NCBI GenBank assembly: GCA_048013815.1
Contig: CM106586.1
Coordinates: 11,160,001-11,224,000, forward strand
DNA from: Setoptus koraiensis
Lineage: Eukaryota; Animalia; Arthropoda
Length of the DNA stretch: 64,000 bases
Direction: 5' to 3'
Of the stretch, positions 24,223-37,730 are shown in pieces. Made by a program: the position numbers and the translations under genes. A model generated the notes under the pieces. The model worked only from the letters and a program-made list of their open reading frames with translations, was not told the DNA's origin and searched no databases. Each line of letters starts with the position of its first letter. Positions within the stretch are counted from its first letter, which is position 1.

Positions 24223-24771
24223 CCATAGAATATTCAGAATAGAATGGAGTTTAACTAATAAAAAGTAGTTTTTCTTTAGCTTACATAAATTCGAATCTGC
24301 TTGAAAAAAAAACAGTTAGAGATAACAGGTGAAGCGTCTTCTTGTCCTGCCTATGTATCTTTCGTATCGATATACCTCATATCTCTTCAGTTCAGTCTAT
24401 CAGTCCTCTAAAATCTTACAGATATACCGGCGCTGGCAAAGCTAGAGAGAGAGAGAGAGAGAGTCCCGGAAACGATTGCAACATTGGATGGACATATTGG
24501 ATGTCTTTGGCTTGATTTGGTTATTGCTTAAGACTGTTTATTGAAAAGAATATGATGACATAGTACTCCAATGATCAAGTTAGATTTACACGCGCGATTC
24601 ATTCGATCAGAAATCTTGATGGCGTTTTGACTTAGTTAGCCAGTTCCTTTCCCATCTTGCTAAACATGCTGGCCAAATCTGTAAGTGTTTTGAGAAAAAA
24701 ACAAGTTATTTGTGATACTTATATCGTATGTCTGCAATATAAGTCTTACAGTCTTGTTAGAGAAAAGGTTT

Positions 24772-25336
24772 TCACTCACTTTGGGGTGTGTTCAGGGTGG
24801 CGCTTAGTGGGTTGTTCAGCATATCTTGAGCCATTTTGATCTCATCTTGAAGCATAGATAATTCAGCTCGCATTAATTTATCTGGTATACTGGTCACGTT
24901 CGATAAATTTTTTGCCATATCGCCCAATTCAGACATCATGTTTGCGCGATATTCTTCCATTTTTGCTATTTCGTTGTCGAGAATGGTCATCAGTTAGTAA
25001 GCTGTATCTTTTTCTTCAAAGTCTCTCAGTTTTACCTGCAATCAATCGATCAACTTTGGATGGACCAAAAAACTTACACATCATTCCAGAAACCATCTCA
25101 CGCATCGACTTGAGAGTGTCTCGACTCACTGAAGGAGTGCTAGGCACAGTAACCTGGCATTCTAAAGTATCAAGTTGCAAAGTGAGTAAAGAGGGCAACA
25201 AAGACGATCTGGAGGATAAGTTTCTGTTCGATTATGGATGACAGTATTTTTGTTGCAAGAAAAAACACTTACCCGATATTATTGTGCCCAAAACAGCAAT
25301 GAGAGCTAGAGTTACTAATTGTTTTGATACCGTCAT
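24772..25336 (-). CDS. Small secreted helical protein of unknown family, 3 predicted exons
   Basis: Exon 1 encodes MTVSKQLVTLALIAVLGTIISG with donor G|GTAAGT. Exon 2 is ECQVTVPSTP...KVDRLIA and exon 3 is AKMEEYRANMMSELG...TPQSE-stop. Phase-1 joins; a CTAAC branch-like motif sits in intron 2. Confidence 0.55.
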
Positions 25337-25852
25337 TTTGTCTACACTTGATTTTAGATCACTTGATAACTCGAATATTGATAGAGATTATTCAATTAAT
25401 ATTACTTTTCGTTGGTAGTTACCCTAGCTTATTTATATCATTCTTTGGTCTACATGAACTTCGTCAAGCTTTGTCAGAGGAACTGACGTAATCTAATATT
25501 ACGTTTTATATACAGATTGCATCGTCAACTGCAGCGCATTGTCGATTTATGTGCCCACATAGCGAAATTGTGAACTTAAGCAAATAAGTCTTTGGTAAAT
25601 TATTTGTTCAACGTCATACGTCAGTTAGGCAAACAACAGGTACTTTATTAGTCCACAGTTTTGAATCTGTCAATCAAGTTAGCTAGCTCATCTCTGTCGA
25701 ATGCAACAACTTAATTGGTATCATGCAATTGAGCGCAATAGAACGGATCTCAATAACAAAGAGTTGAGTCATCAGGAGTTACCTTGTCTGGAAATCCAAA
25801 GGGGATCAGTCGAAAAACACTGGAGGTTTACATTCTTGTCAACTTTGGTTGT

Positions 25853-27958
25853 TCAATATCTTTCACAATAGAGTCTAGCTATGCCTGGTATTATTTCAAT
25901 ATCAATAGGTCCGCTCTGCCAGTTTGACTTTTCGCCGTCGACGTAGACGCTTCCTCGTTGCTCTAACGGCTCCAATTTCAATTGTGTCACAAGTATCTCT
26001 TTGATGTTCGGCATCTGATTCAGTTTTCCATTTGCTGTACACGCTCTACACAAGTGTACGCGTCGCAGAAAAGAAGAATCCTCCTCGACAATATACACTA
26101 GAGAGATATATTTGTCAGTTTTAATACTATCCAATTTAGATCGTTCCTCAGGTGGGACCGAACAACGAACATCTTGCGATAGATAGCTGATATTTGTCGC
26201 CAGAACTCCGAAAAATTTACCCTCCACAAAGACCCAGTCAGAAGTATCTTTCGAGAGACCAATTGACTCGCTGTTGCTACCCTGGGGCGTTCGTTGAAGC
26301 GCCCTTCTGAAAGATAACCGACCCCTGTAACTTGGCATAGTGACACCTTTGTGCAAGCTCCATAGAATTGATTTTGTTATCGACAATAGATTTGTTGATC
26401 GCTTGAATATCAGTTGCTTTTGATCCTCGGTGGGAAATGCCCAGCTCAGAGATAAATGTGACCATGTCACGCTGTTGTTATTGTAGGTAATCTTGAGTAA
26501 ATCGAAATCGTTTGTAAAAGAGCGCAATACGTTCCTCGTAGATATTTCAACAAGTTTTGTTAATCTAGCCTCCGATTGAATTGAGTTGATGTTGTGGTTG
26601 ACCTGTCCGATAGCTGGTGATATCAATAGAAAAGAAGTGAAATTGATGTGAAATTATTCTTGCTTGGTAATGATGTATAATGGTTCAAACTTATCAAATG
26701 ATACAATCTGCTCACCCTCAAGTGATCCTGGCACTAGACCCAATGGCACTGAAATGGCCAATGGCCAATCTTTACGATTCATCAAACCATTGATAACATG
26801 ATGCAACAGGGCATTATCTGAGATCATGACGAATCCTCTCCATCTAACGGGTTTAATTGATTGTTGATTGAGGAAATCTCTAATTGGCTTCCATGATTCT
26901 TTGCCATCAGTGTAAGTGTTGAATATGTCAAACTCTATTTGTGAATCTAGAAGTATCGGCAGTACTTTATTCTTGAAAATCTTGAAACTGTAGCTCCTTC
27001 CATTCGCCCCTAAATTGATCTGATGAGACAGGTTGATTCAGGATCCATGTTAATATTTGACATTTATTTACATATAAGATGAACATATACGATAGTCGCA
27101 CTAACTTACCATTATGAGTAGCCGCTTCTTTTTCTGCATCTTCAAGGCTGAACGATCAATTGTGATATGCTGTTGATCAGTTGATGGTTGTTGCTGTATC
27201 AATGCCAGAATGTGATTGACCCATTTATCGGCTAGCAAAATGTTGAATTCTTGTAAACGTAATCTGTCTATCAGGAATATATAGACATCTCTCTCATCGC
27301 TATCAGTGAGAATTCTCGACTCGATTGATGCCTTAATTTTGTTTGCATCATCCAGATTTGATTTAATGCTCTTCGTTACATCAAGTGTCCGATAGACACT
27401 AATATACAAATAGCTACCTGTTAACGCTGTTTTTGGTGACAGATTGCACACGCTATCGTCAGGTTTTTGGATTATTTTGTCAAATTCAATTAATGCTGAC
27501 GATCTTGCCGATGGTTGTTCTTGCAAAACTTTCACTACGTCACTAAAATGTTGATTGGTTCGCGTATTAAGCTTATCTTTTCGATAGACATTCGTTATGT
27601 CATTCAGAGAGATTGAAATGAAATCCTCGATGGTAGATTCAGAAGCGAAAGTGTCATCGTGGATCACGTTCTTTTGCGTCAATTGGCTACTGTCCAGGAA
27701 TGTTCGTCTATTTAAACTCAATATCAAGCAAGATTTTGTCAGTTTTAATGAGCACTTGTAAAACCTGGCATCTTTGCGTGAGTAAATCTTAAATGTATCA
27801 CGCAACATTATTTGTGACTTCTGATGCGAATAGGGCGAAGAGAATCTATTTTCATGATGTATCAATTCAATGAGTGGATTTGTCAGTTTATTGCCATCTT
27901 GGTATAGATACGAATGATCTAGGTGATGATTCTTTTTCGAGTTCCAAATGTAACGCAT
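25853..27958 (-). CDS. SPHK: Sphingosine kinase-like protein (DAGKc fold) with long N-terminal extension and degenerate catalytic motifs
   Basis: Exons 27958-27110, 27019-26716 and 26613-25853 join in frame. Segments align by eye to SphK: KRLLIMINLGANG..FKNKVLPIL, HHVINGLMNRKDW..AISVPLGLVPGS, LSLSWAF, YRGRLSF, KLEP...VYVDGE. The SGDG motif reads SDNA. Confidence 0.85.
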
Positions 27959-29763
27959 TTTGCGATCGGATGAGGTTATGATATGAGGTCCGCTGATATA
28001 TTAAAATGAGGTCTCCAGATACGTGGTTGGTTAACATCAGTTTTTATCGACCAACTGATTTTTTGTTTGTAAGTACGGAGATTCTCTGAAATCTCAGATA
28101 GACTAAGCATCATTGTTGTATTTTGTGAAGGTAACACCTGTCATTTCGAAAGAAAAAATCAAAAGTACTACGCTTTGCCACTTGCACATTTCAGCTATAT
28201 TCAATGATTGATTGATCCATGCAAATCATGGCGTCTACAACCTGCAAATATTAACATCCTTATATTGTCTGGCTTATCATTCCTAACTACATAATTGAAA
28301 TATACATGTAGGCTGATTATTGGCAGTAACAAACGGATATCTTTCATTCATGGATAACTAATTGGCAAACATTGTTCGGGCAACCAGTAGTTGCACCTGC
28401 TACCGCAACCACTGGCTATATCAATTCTATCTGTGATGAGATATGAAGATGCTGCTGTCGAACAAAAATAGATTTATAATTATCCATGTTCGTTGTATGT
28501 TCAACATTGCCAACACGCTCGCAACAGTTGAAATCAAGCTCTACTAACGTATCTGGTTGTCCAAGCAACACAATAACAAACAATCTGAATGAGATAATTC
28601 TTATACAGATCATGGAGATTGTAGTGATGAAATACAGTATTCGTATAACTTTGTCCAACATGGTCCAATTGATCGAATTGGGTCTCTTACAAATGTACTC
28701 TATCAAACTCAACAAATCATTATCGTCCAGTATAATTAACAAAGTATAATACAAGTCATCATCAAAACGGAAACTATGGGGCAGGTGGAGAGTTATTATC
28801 AATTATTCTTGATGTCGATTGAGACACAATGACAAACTCTGTTTGCAAGATTCCCTCCGCAAGTCTAACGAGCTACTCAAAGCTAATAAAATCTGCGCGA
28901 AATTGCGTTTCTGTTTCAAACAATGTCTGCCGACGTGCCAATTTAGCATTTTTGCTTTCAACTTACTGAAATTTGTTATTGTGCAAACTATACAGTCTCA
29001 TAGGTGAAAAAAATGGTTTTTCTATTCTAGATAAAGCATAATACATGCACGAAAACAATCGGCCAGTGCATGAATAATTTTTTCACAATCATGGCGATTT
29101 TAGCTTGCATTTATCACCAAGCCGCAAATCTAACTCGTCTGGTCAAAAGCTGGTCACAACTTTTCGGAAGAAAACAGGCAAAAACACAACTTTCTAACTG
29201 GGATCTGTTGTTGTTGTACAGGAGCACACCCGATAAGATATAATTTTATAGCGTGTGTTTCGCTAATCGATAAGTAGCGTCACCATCAATTGGTTGATAT
29301 TTTGCAGAGCTGTGTCTGCTTCCGATTGTGTTTACATCCATCAAGGTGTGAGTATATATGCTGAAATTTAGAATCGAAAGACCCGATCTCTGTGAATATT
29401 GTTGTCATGGGAAATTCCGAAAACAGTTTGTTGCAGCAGATAGCATGCATTACATGTATTGATCTTTTGATATCTGAACAAGATAATATCTTCTGTTTTT
29501 GATCAGCAACAAACTATGTCAAAAAAACAAAAACAAAATATTTGACCAGAATTGATGACGACCTGAGCTATCTATTTGATTGTCAAATCTAGATATGTGC
29601 AAATCGTCTGATGTTTGTGTTTCTAGAACCCCGCAGACATCTAATTGTTGTGGTGATCATTCACTGATTGGCATTTGAGATTTGAAAACTATCACAAAAT
29701 ACTTTACTGTTTTACCTTACTTTGCAAATACTTACAACTAATTCAATTATTCACTCATATATT

Positions 29764-31288
29764 ATGGTGGACCAAAAAGATATTCTTCGCAAAAACCTCA
29801 GGTATCACACTGGTTTTGGTAACGAGTTTGAGTCGGAATCTCGTGGATTTGATGGTGTTTTGCCTCAGGGTTGCGTCAATCCTCAAGTGAAACCGCTGGG
29901 ACTTTACGACGAACAATTGTCGGGCAGTGCTTTCACAGCGCCTCGGGGTGCAAATAAGCGCAGGTGAGGATACTCAAAAATAATTCAATAATCCGGATAG
30001 ATGCTTGTTCGCATCGGTCGGTAGTTGATTGATACAGTTGATAGATTATATGAATTATTTATAATTTTGATTTTATGATATACTATATGATTTACATCGT
30101 AGCTGGCTATATCGCAAGCGGCCATCGGTCTGCCACAAACCGTTCCGGCCATCGTCGCGATTCCTAGACGAGGATATTTCTGCTGGTCATTGTGATCCTA
30201 ACCAGCGACGGTGGTTTCCATTTAATTGTACGAGATGGGGTGACATCTCCACTGCAAACAAACAAATCGATTTTGTGGATGGCATGCACACTTTGTGCAA
30301 ATCGGCCAATTTACCAACGTCAGCCGGACAACCTGCTCTAGCCATTCATATGTATTTGGCCAACGCGGATATGATCGGCAGCTGTCTACAAAATGCTGAC
30401 GGGGACCTGTTGATTGTACCCCAATTAGGCTCGCTGCTCATTCAAACAGAATTTGGCCGAATGCTAGTGGAACCAGAGGAGATTTGTGTGATACAGCAAG
30501 GAATGAATTTTACCGTAACTATTCCCGATCTCCAACAAGGTGACTTCATCAGGGGCTACATCCTAGAGGTGATTGGCAGCCACTTCGAGCTTCCCACATT
30601 GGGCTTGATCGGAGCCAACTGTCTAGCCAACCCGAGAGATTTTCAGATTCCGCAAGCGGAATTTGTTGAGCGAGATGACGAAGAGGAGTTTACAATAATT
30701 AAAAAGTTTCAGCATAGGCTCTTCGAGGCGAAACAACAGCATTCGCCCTACGACGTGGTGGCCTGGTTCGGCAATTACGTTCCCTTCAAGTACGATTGCC
30801 GCAAATTTATAGCCGTGAACTCTGTCACCAAAGATCACCCTGATCCATCGATATTCACCGTGCTGACATGCCCGATGCCCGGCAAACCGGGCACTGCCCT
30901 CGCCGATTTTGTCATATTTCCGCCTCGATGGGAGGCGGCAGGCGAAACCTTCAGGCCCCCCTATTTTCATCGGAATATCATGACAGAGTTCATGGGCCTG
31001 ATCAAGGGCAATTATCAGGCCAAGAGCGCCGCTTTTGCGCCCGGCGGCGCCACGCTGCATCCGTCCATGACAGCTCACGGGCCAGACAAGCAATGTTTCG
31101 ATGAGGCCATTCGACGATCGACAGATAAGCCGGCCAGAGTTGCCGACAACACCTTGGCCTTCATGTTTGAGACATCGCTTGCACTGATGTTGACAACTTT
31201 CGCAAACGAAAGGACTAATTGCAACGATTTAGATTATTATAAATGCTGGCAGTCGCTCGAGTGTAACTTCAACAGAATCCGTGATTAA
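29764..31288 (+). CDS. HGD: Homogentisate 1,2-dioxygenase, 2 exons
   Basis: Exon 1 29764-29963 ([14 protein letters not shown]...[15 protein letters not shown]) and exon 2 30103-31288 ([40 protein letters not shown], iron-ligand region [17 protein letters not shown] and AHGPD). Confidence 0.97.
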
Positions 31289-31816
31289 GTGAGAAAATGT
31301 TAGTTACATGCAGCTGGCAAAATGATTAATAATTAACAATGACACTAGTCCGCCTGGATATTTCTCAGTGCATTGTTATTCAGTTTTTCAGATTAGGGTA
31401 AAATTCTATCACGAGACTTGAACCTCTATGGACGTAGCATTCAACTTGAGACTGATCGAAAAAAAAATGGGAATCACAAAATCATTTTCAATAACAGTAA
31501 GCAGTCAATAAACGAAAGAAAAAGCTAATTAGATTGGAGAACGCTTAGTAATGAGTTTATATGGCACATATTCTTTGTAGATCAATCTTTATTATGTGGC
31601 GGAAGTGTGTTACAGCTTCACAAACTGGTTGCTCACTGGGTATCACAGTGTCGCGAAAGAGATATGAGAGGAGTGAAGCCGACAGATCATTATGAATCAC
31701 TGAGAGTAAGCTATCTCTTCCTCTCCTTCCATGACACAGGTGTACGATCGCGTGACTAGTATGCACTGAAATGAGTAAGATCAGAAATGTTTTTCTCTCA
31801 ACAGGCCCCTTAATAA

Positions 31817-33877
31817 CTACTTCGGAAAGAAGGTCTGCTTTTCATTCATGATCTCATCAACTTTCAGGGAGAATTGAGCAAATTCTTTGTAACATTTGTA
31901 TTTCTTCTCGTGATATGTGAGTTGTTTAGGGTCCGGGCAATAGTTCGTAACAATAAGGTGATTAAATTTCAGACCTTTTAGATTTTCGTCAACTAGAACG
32001 GCATCTTTACAGGCATTACGAGCAATCAAGGCTGCTCCAACTAGCATTAAGTCGACATTAGGAAGGCACACTTTCACAACGTTACAATTTAAAACGTCAG
32101 ACATCGTTTGCATGTAGATTGGGTTATTCATGAGACCACCACTGACGAGAATTCTCTTTACATCAGTCCTGCGTTATGTAGAGGTTAAGAGATTAACATG
32201 ATTAGAATTTTCAGGCAAAGCGTCGAAATCGAAATGTAGATAGTGGATTCTATGTGTCATGACGAAAATGAATCCTTCGTGATATGCTTACCTTAAGGTT
32301 TCCTTTATCAATCGGGTCTCATAAGCCAAAGCTTCTATAGTGGCCAAATATAGTTCTTCTAGGGTTGGTTGACTATCCAGACACAAACCGTAAATTCCAC
32401 CTCTGAGATTTGGATTAGCCAATGGGCTTCGATTTCCATGGAACGAGGGGACCATATGTAGAGAGTTCTGATAACCACCATCCTGTAATTTTTTATTGAT
32501 GTGTTCTATTACAGACTTCATATCCATAGTTTTGAGCAAATCTTTACCATCAGGATGGGTTTCAATTGTATGCTCAATCAATTTTCCAGTTGACTGTTAT
32601 ACATTTGGAATAAGGAATGAAAGTGTTGAGAATTGTGTTACAAGTTGATAGATTGGTCAGATATATTTCCATCTGAGAATATATCTACTTACGCTTTGTC
32701 CAGCCTCTCGCAAATAATAATTGTCTAGAACAGCTCCTGGATATGGCCCCCATATCCCCTTTGTACAAATGCGTTCTTTAGATAATAACATCTGACAAGT
32801 AGAGGTCCCGGCCAAAAAACAAAAAGTTGACTGAATATCAAGACTACCATTGCCAACTTCGAGTGGTATAGATAGCATAGCTAGCATACCAGAGTGAGCA
32901 TCTATGAGGCTTGTACCTATGGATATTTCAGGGAGTTGAATACGCTCCTTGTAACCGTTAACAGCTTTTTTCTTATATAAACCCATTTGAATAGCTGCCT
33001 CCAAACAAACATAGCCAGCTCTTTGTCCAGGTTTAGAAATAACCTTGCCTATTCTCGAGTAGTCATTACTAGCAAGATCTTTCATATCGAAATCTTTGAA
33101 AAGTTTTTCGGGCCATTTAGAGTTGATAGGATCATATCCCCATTTACAGGCGACGCTGCAAAGTGACCTCGGACATGTTTCTAGATCAAGTCCTGAGCAC
33201 TTGTACACAAGCCAGTCGGGCAATTCCATGAATCCAACAGCATTAGAGAATCTGGATGGTTCATGCCGATGAAGCCAAAGTAGTTTAGACAAGCTAAACT
33301 CTGGCGATGCGGTACCACCGAATTGTTCGCAAAGATCACTGTAATTGTTAGTTATCTCCGCAGCTTCTTCGACAGCCCTATGATCCATCCACATGATGAT
33401 ATCGGGATTTCCGGTGGATCCAGATTTGGCATCCAACTTGACAGAGTTCGACGTAAAAGTATTTTCATCGAGCTCACCAATAATAACCATCGAACAAGTG
33501 GCCGAGAAAGCTATGCTATGGATACTTTCTCCAGATAAATTAGACGTTTCGAGACATTTTTGACAACAGTCACATATAGCTTGCCAGATCTCGTGTGAAT
33601 ATTGCTCATAACAGTTGCCATCTTTACGAATACTAATAGGCTTTGTTTGACTGGCTAGAACGCTGACATTGTTCAGATGTGGTCCCTCGAAAGAAATTAT
33701 CGCCAAACGGACACTAAAGTGATGATTATGGAATGAATGAGAATTAACAAATAAGAGGAAGAGAGACAGAATTAACAAAGCTTGTTTTGAATAGATTTAA
33801 GCAGATAGTGACAAGAATATGATTATATACGAGCATAATTACCTTGATGTGCCAACGTCTACAGCAACAACATTCAT
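31817..33877 (-). CDS. FGGY: FGGY carbohydrate kinase domain-containing protein (ribulokinase-like), 4 predicted exons
   Basis: Spliced N-terminus MNVVAVDVGTSSVR; FSATCSMV, IIMWMDHRA, SPEFSLSKLLWL, ELPDWL, SLIDAHSG, LAGTSTC, GIWGPY, PSFHGNRSPLA, LVSGGL. Canonical GT/AG sites. Confidence 0.93.
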
Positions 33878-36800
33878 GTTGACCTTTGAGAAAGAAAACT
33901 GAAATGATTCAATTTCAATGAATCAGTTCATATATAAGTTGATATTTAGCCCTGGTGCATTCGTAGACTGAGTTCATGATGTAGCTTGGCTAAACCTTGA
34001 GAAACTGATTGCAATTATTAAAACTGATGGAGTTGGATTGTTTTGGTGTACGGATGTGATCATCTGGCGAGAGCATGATTTGTCTCTATTTCTAGCATGT
34101 TGTATCTTATCTCATTCTACTGTCTACTCGTGATAGTTGTAAGTGTATCTATAACTCGGTTTAAATGCCAATTGATTTATAATAATCATAACAACCTGAA
34201 GGAGGTGCCACGGTGTTTATCTATTCTAGAAGAGAGATTTATAATCAATATCGATGGCGCCTACGAGTGATGGTTGTGGCATCGATGGTCGTAATTTCAT
34301 TGTGCTTGCCAATAAGTCAATACTGTATACGTTGTGAGAATAGTATCAATTCATGCTACGGGGTTCCAATGTAGATCTAAGACTGGGATGGCTGTTGTTG
34401 TGCATTTCCTGGTGTCCTGATATCGTGGATGAGTGCTGGTTGGCCTATTATTGTTAATATTAGTCTAGTTGAGCTTTGTTGCTATTGTTAATAATAACCA
34501 TTCGCAACTAGTCGAGTGTATAGACTCTTATTTGTTGTTGTTCTATTGGTATAGCAACGATTCTTGATAGTATTGTTGCGACCAAGGAGCTATCAATAGA
34601 AAAAGTTATCAATGATGGTGATAATAATAACAAAATTAACATAAGAAACAGAATAATAGTAACAATATAACTTTGATAATAGCAGCAATGAGATATCCAA
34701 GTAGAATAGTGTACATATACGCTCAAGATGGCACCATGTAGATAAAAGAAAACGAAGCAGTACCCAGCGCGCGCTGTTTCGCACGGTACATGGGCGTGTT
34801 GAGACGGTGCGGCCCGACAGTTCTCCGTCAAATCTAGGAATGAAATATAGACGCAAAATTGTTCAACAACGGAATCTTTTTCATTAGATAATACGTGCCC
34901 GTTGACTGATCTGTATGTTGGATACAAAAATTAATTTTGATTAATCTTCTTATAGCGATAATCAGAATAGAACCCGCAAATTTAAACCCGACTCACGCCC
35001 CTTTTAGCTGCTACTCCCACGGCGCGACAGAACGCGTGCTCTATGATCTCGTGAATATTGTTTGCGCAACTCATGCTTGTATCGTGAACATCACCACAGG
35101 GTGTGCTAGAGATGTCCTCATATACTGTGGAAATCGCTACACTTGCATGTTCACAGTCTCTAACCTGAATTAAAGCAAGAGATCTGGATTGCACTGGATC
35201 AAAAACGAGTTTATGTCTTACTAAGACAGTCTTGGCGAATCTCTCGGAAGAATATAATCCAAGCTATGAGCAAGACTGTTATAAGATGGTTAAATAGTGC
35301 CAATAATCGAATCCTTTATTTAATCAAAAATCAATACACCGAGAGAGTTGTTTACAAATCGGCCACCAGTGCCAATAGTTGGATCTGGATTGCATTACAA
35401 CAGTTACCCTGTAACTAACATTACGGTTTATATTGCTGTGCTTGCACGACGTATACATACAGCCCACCACCCATCATGATCGACCACATATTTGTTTCGA
35501 AGCGTGTACGCAAATGCCGTCTCGTTTTGTGCCAAGCTTGCTGAATATCCTGAACGAGCTTCTACACTGCCACGGAATTCGAAATCTATCCGCACCCTGT
35601 AAAACCAATAGCAAGTCGAGTTGTTTACATTCTTGTCGAGAGGGTGAACATAACGCGTGCGCACTCACAGTGACAAATAAGCCATAATAGAATATCTGTC
35701 TCGAACTTACATGGTAACTGTTTGACTTTGACAAACAATCACCTTGAAGCCTTATTCAAACTACCCGACTACGTGCAAACACACCGCCCGCTTCGCCTAA
35801 TCGCTCGCTGCCATCGAGACCCTCTTCCGGTGTGAGGCTTGCGTGGTAACAAGGGAAGACTTTAGTTTGACTTATAGATCGCAGGTTTACCATACCGATT
35901 GTATAACTCAAACCAGACGCAATCACTGCACTCATGAACCTTTGTTAGTGTGATATAATTATAGGGTGGCCGTATGGAAATGATCGCCAGATTGAAATAT
36001 TCTACGCTGTGTGTACTGCTTGAGAGAGCTGTTAATTTTTCCTGCAGAAGTCGCTTCGAAGATCGAACTAACAAGATGTACATTATTTATTGTATGACAG
36101 CTCCCCCAGCGTCTGAAGTAGCATTAGTGACTGTTTCCACGCAGCCAGTCAAAGAAAGACTAGCAAACATCTACGAATATGTTCAATTAGCATGATCAAC
36201 TCACTAATGAGATCAGGCGCCAAGTCTAGACTGTGAACTTTGACTGTCTTCGTGGGGGCGTCCAGGGAAACAAGAGTGTTCGGGGGGCAATTGTTTCCAA
36301 GAGAACCTTGGTGCGTCTAATTCGCTGAATGTATGGCTTGTGATGGCGAATAATATAATAGATCGAGCGATTGCAATTTATTTCAGCAACTTTTAGGCGG
36401 ACAATCATCAAGTTGCGTTGAACTGGACAAAATCAGCAGAGACGACAGCAGTTGTTTGTTGTGTGTGAAAGCATTTGACCTATTCTCGGGTGGAATGTCC
36501 GACAAACATCCGTTGTGCGATACGGATTTTCGTGAGGTAGTTGAATTCGAGGAATTCAAAACAAACAAAGAGGGTGAATTGAATAATTCAAGTGAATTTC
36601 TATCAGAGTCGGTCGTCAATTATCGATGAATTACTCACGCCAATCGACTTTCGATAAGAGACCCGAGATATCACTTCCTGAAAGAGACCTGAGTTGGTGT
36701 CGCGCGCTGCTACACTCAGGATCTGAACAATTGGCCCGAAGGGGGCGCACCGATCGAGGATGAGTAGTCAATCCGGGGCTATATTCGTGTAATACATATA

Positions 36801-36951
36801 CGATAGCAACGATAGAATATTGTGCGTTTTCGAATCGACAGCGCAGTGCATTGGCCATTGAAGCCACATATTGCTGACACTGTGGTGTATCATTTAGCCG
36901 AGGATTTGCGTGTGTTCATTATTGGACTGGAGTGCCACAAGACAGACGAAC

Positions 36952-37048
36952 AATCTTATGATAAGATTCTTATGGCCGGTGGTAGACTAGTGGCCACTAG
37001 TGTGTGTTACACATACTGATACACATCTTGTGTTACACAAGTTGTGTA
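36952..37048. repeat. Cluster of short perfect or near-perfect palindromes
   Basis: AATCTTAT-G-ATAAGATT (36952-36968); ACTAGTGGCCACTAGT (36986-37001); TGTGT-T-ACACA (37003-37013); TACACATCTTGTG-TTA-CACAAGTTGTGTA (37020-37048, one mismatch). Confidence 0.85.
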
Positions 37049-37353
37049 ATCGGATCGAGTCTCTCACTTTCTAGAGCTGGAGGCTGCGCTTGCTTTCACA
37101 GCTTTGCACTTTCTAAACTGGACACCAGGGGCAGGAGCGACAGGCGGCACGGTTCGCGCGCCATGAGAAAACTCTGAAGCAGTGAAAGGCTGCACACTGT
37201 GCAGCGTACGATTCACCCGACGGGGCCAGCAGAAGAGGCTCACAAGATGCAACGCTCACGCTCTGTGCCCGTGTGCACTGCACACGATATTTTCTCGATG
37301 TGATCTTGACACCCAATACACGACGGCGCCGTGCCCAACAGACACAACCAAAG

Positions 37354-37356
<3 letters not shown>

Positions 37357-37393
<37 letters not shown>

Positions 37394-37686
37394 CCTGTGT
37401 GTGTGTTGTTTCGACAAAATCCGCCAAAAATGCAAAGGCACGCACGCACAAACAGTTGTAGCCTGAGAGAACGGACAGACGTGCAAGCTGCTGCTGCTCA
37501 CTGGTCGTTTCGTTCGTTAGTAGTGCACAACGGTGGAACAGTTGATGATAAGTGTACCAGCAGCGGTGTAAGTAGCAGTGGCGGCACTTGCTTGTGAGCG
37601 GCAAATTTGGCAAGCAGGAACAGCAGATTTACACGTATATTGATGCCTGCCGCTTACACTGCTCACTGACACACATGCACTTACTT

Positions 37687-37719
<33 letters not shown>

Positions 37720-37730
37720 CACACACACAC
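37357..37730. repeat. (GT)n and (CA)n microsatellites
   Basis: (GT)n at about 37357-37389 and (CA)n at about 37687-37730. Confidence 0.9.

Noticed and set aside
28000-28810. Possible extra 5' exons of the SphK-like gene or a separate gene
   Set aside because: No frame-consistent exon chain could be built by eye.
29764-31288. Horizontal origin of HGD suggested by its GC-richer 3' half
   Set aside because: The protein is animal-like and has a spliceosomal intron at a position I recall is shared with vertebrates. Composition alone is insufficient.
31409-31460. GGTTCAAGTC T-loop/B-box-like motif on the minus strand
   Set aside because: The T-stem does not pair and no cloverleaf forms.
34500-37250. 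Possible multi-exon minus-strand gene (several GTGAG/GTAAG donors and a hydrophobic stretch)
   Set aside because: Every exon chain tried hit stops and no domain was recognised. It may be a lncRNA, pseudogene or a gene I cannot resolve; needs RNA-seq.
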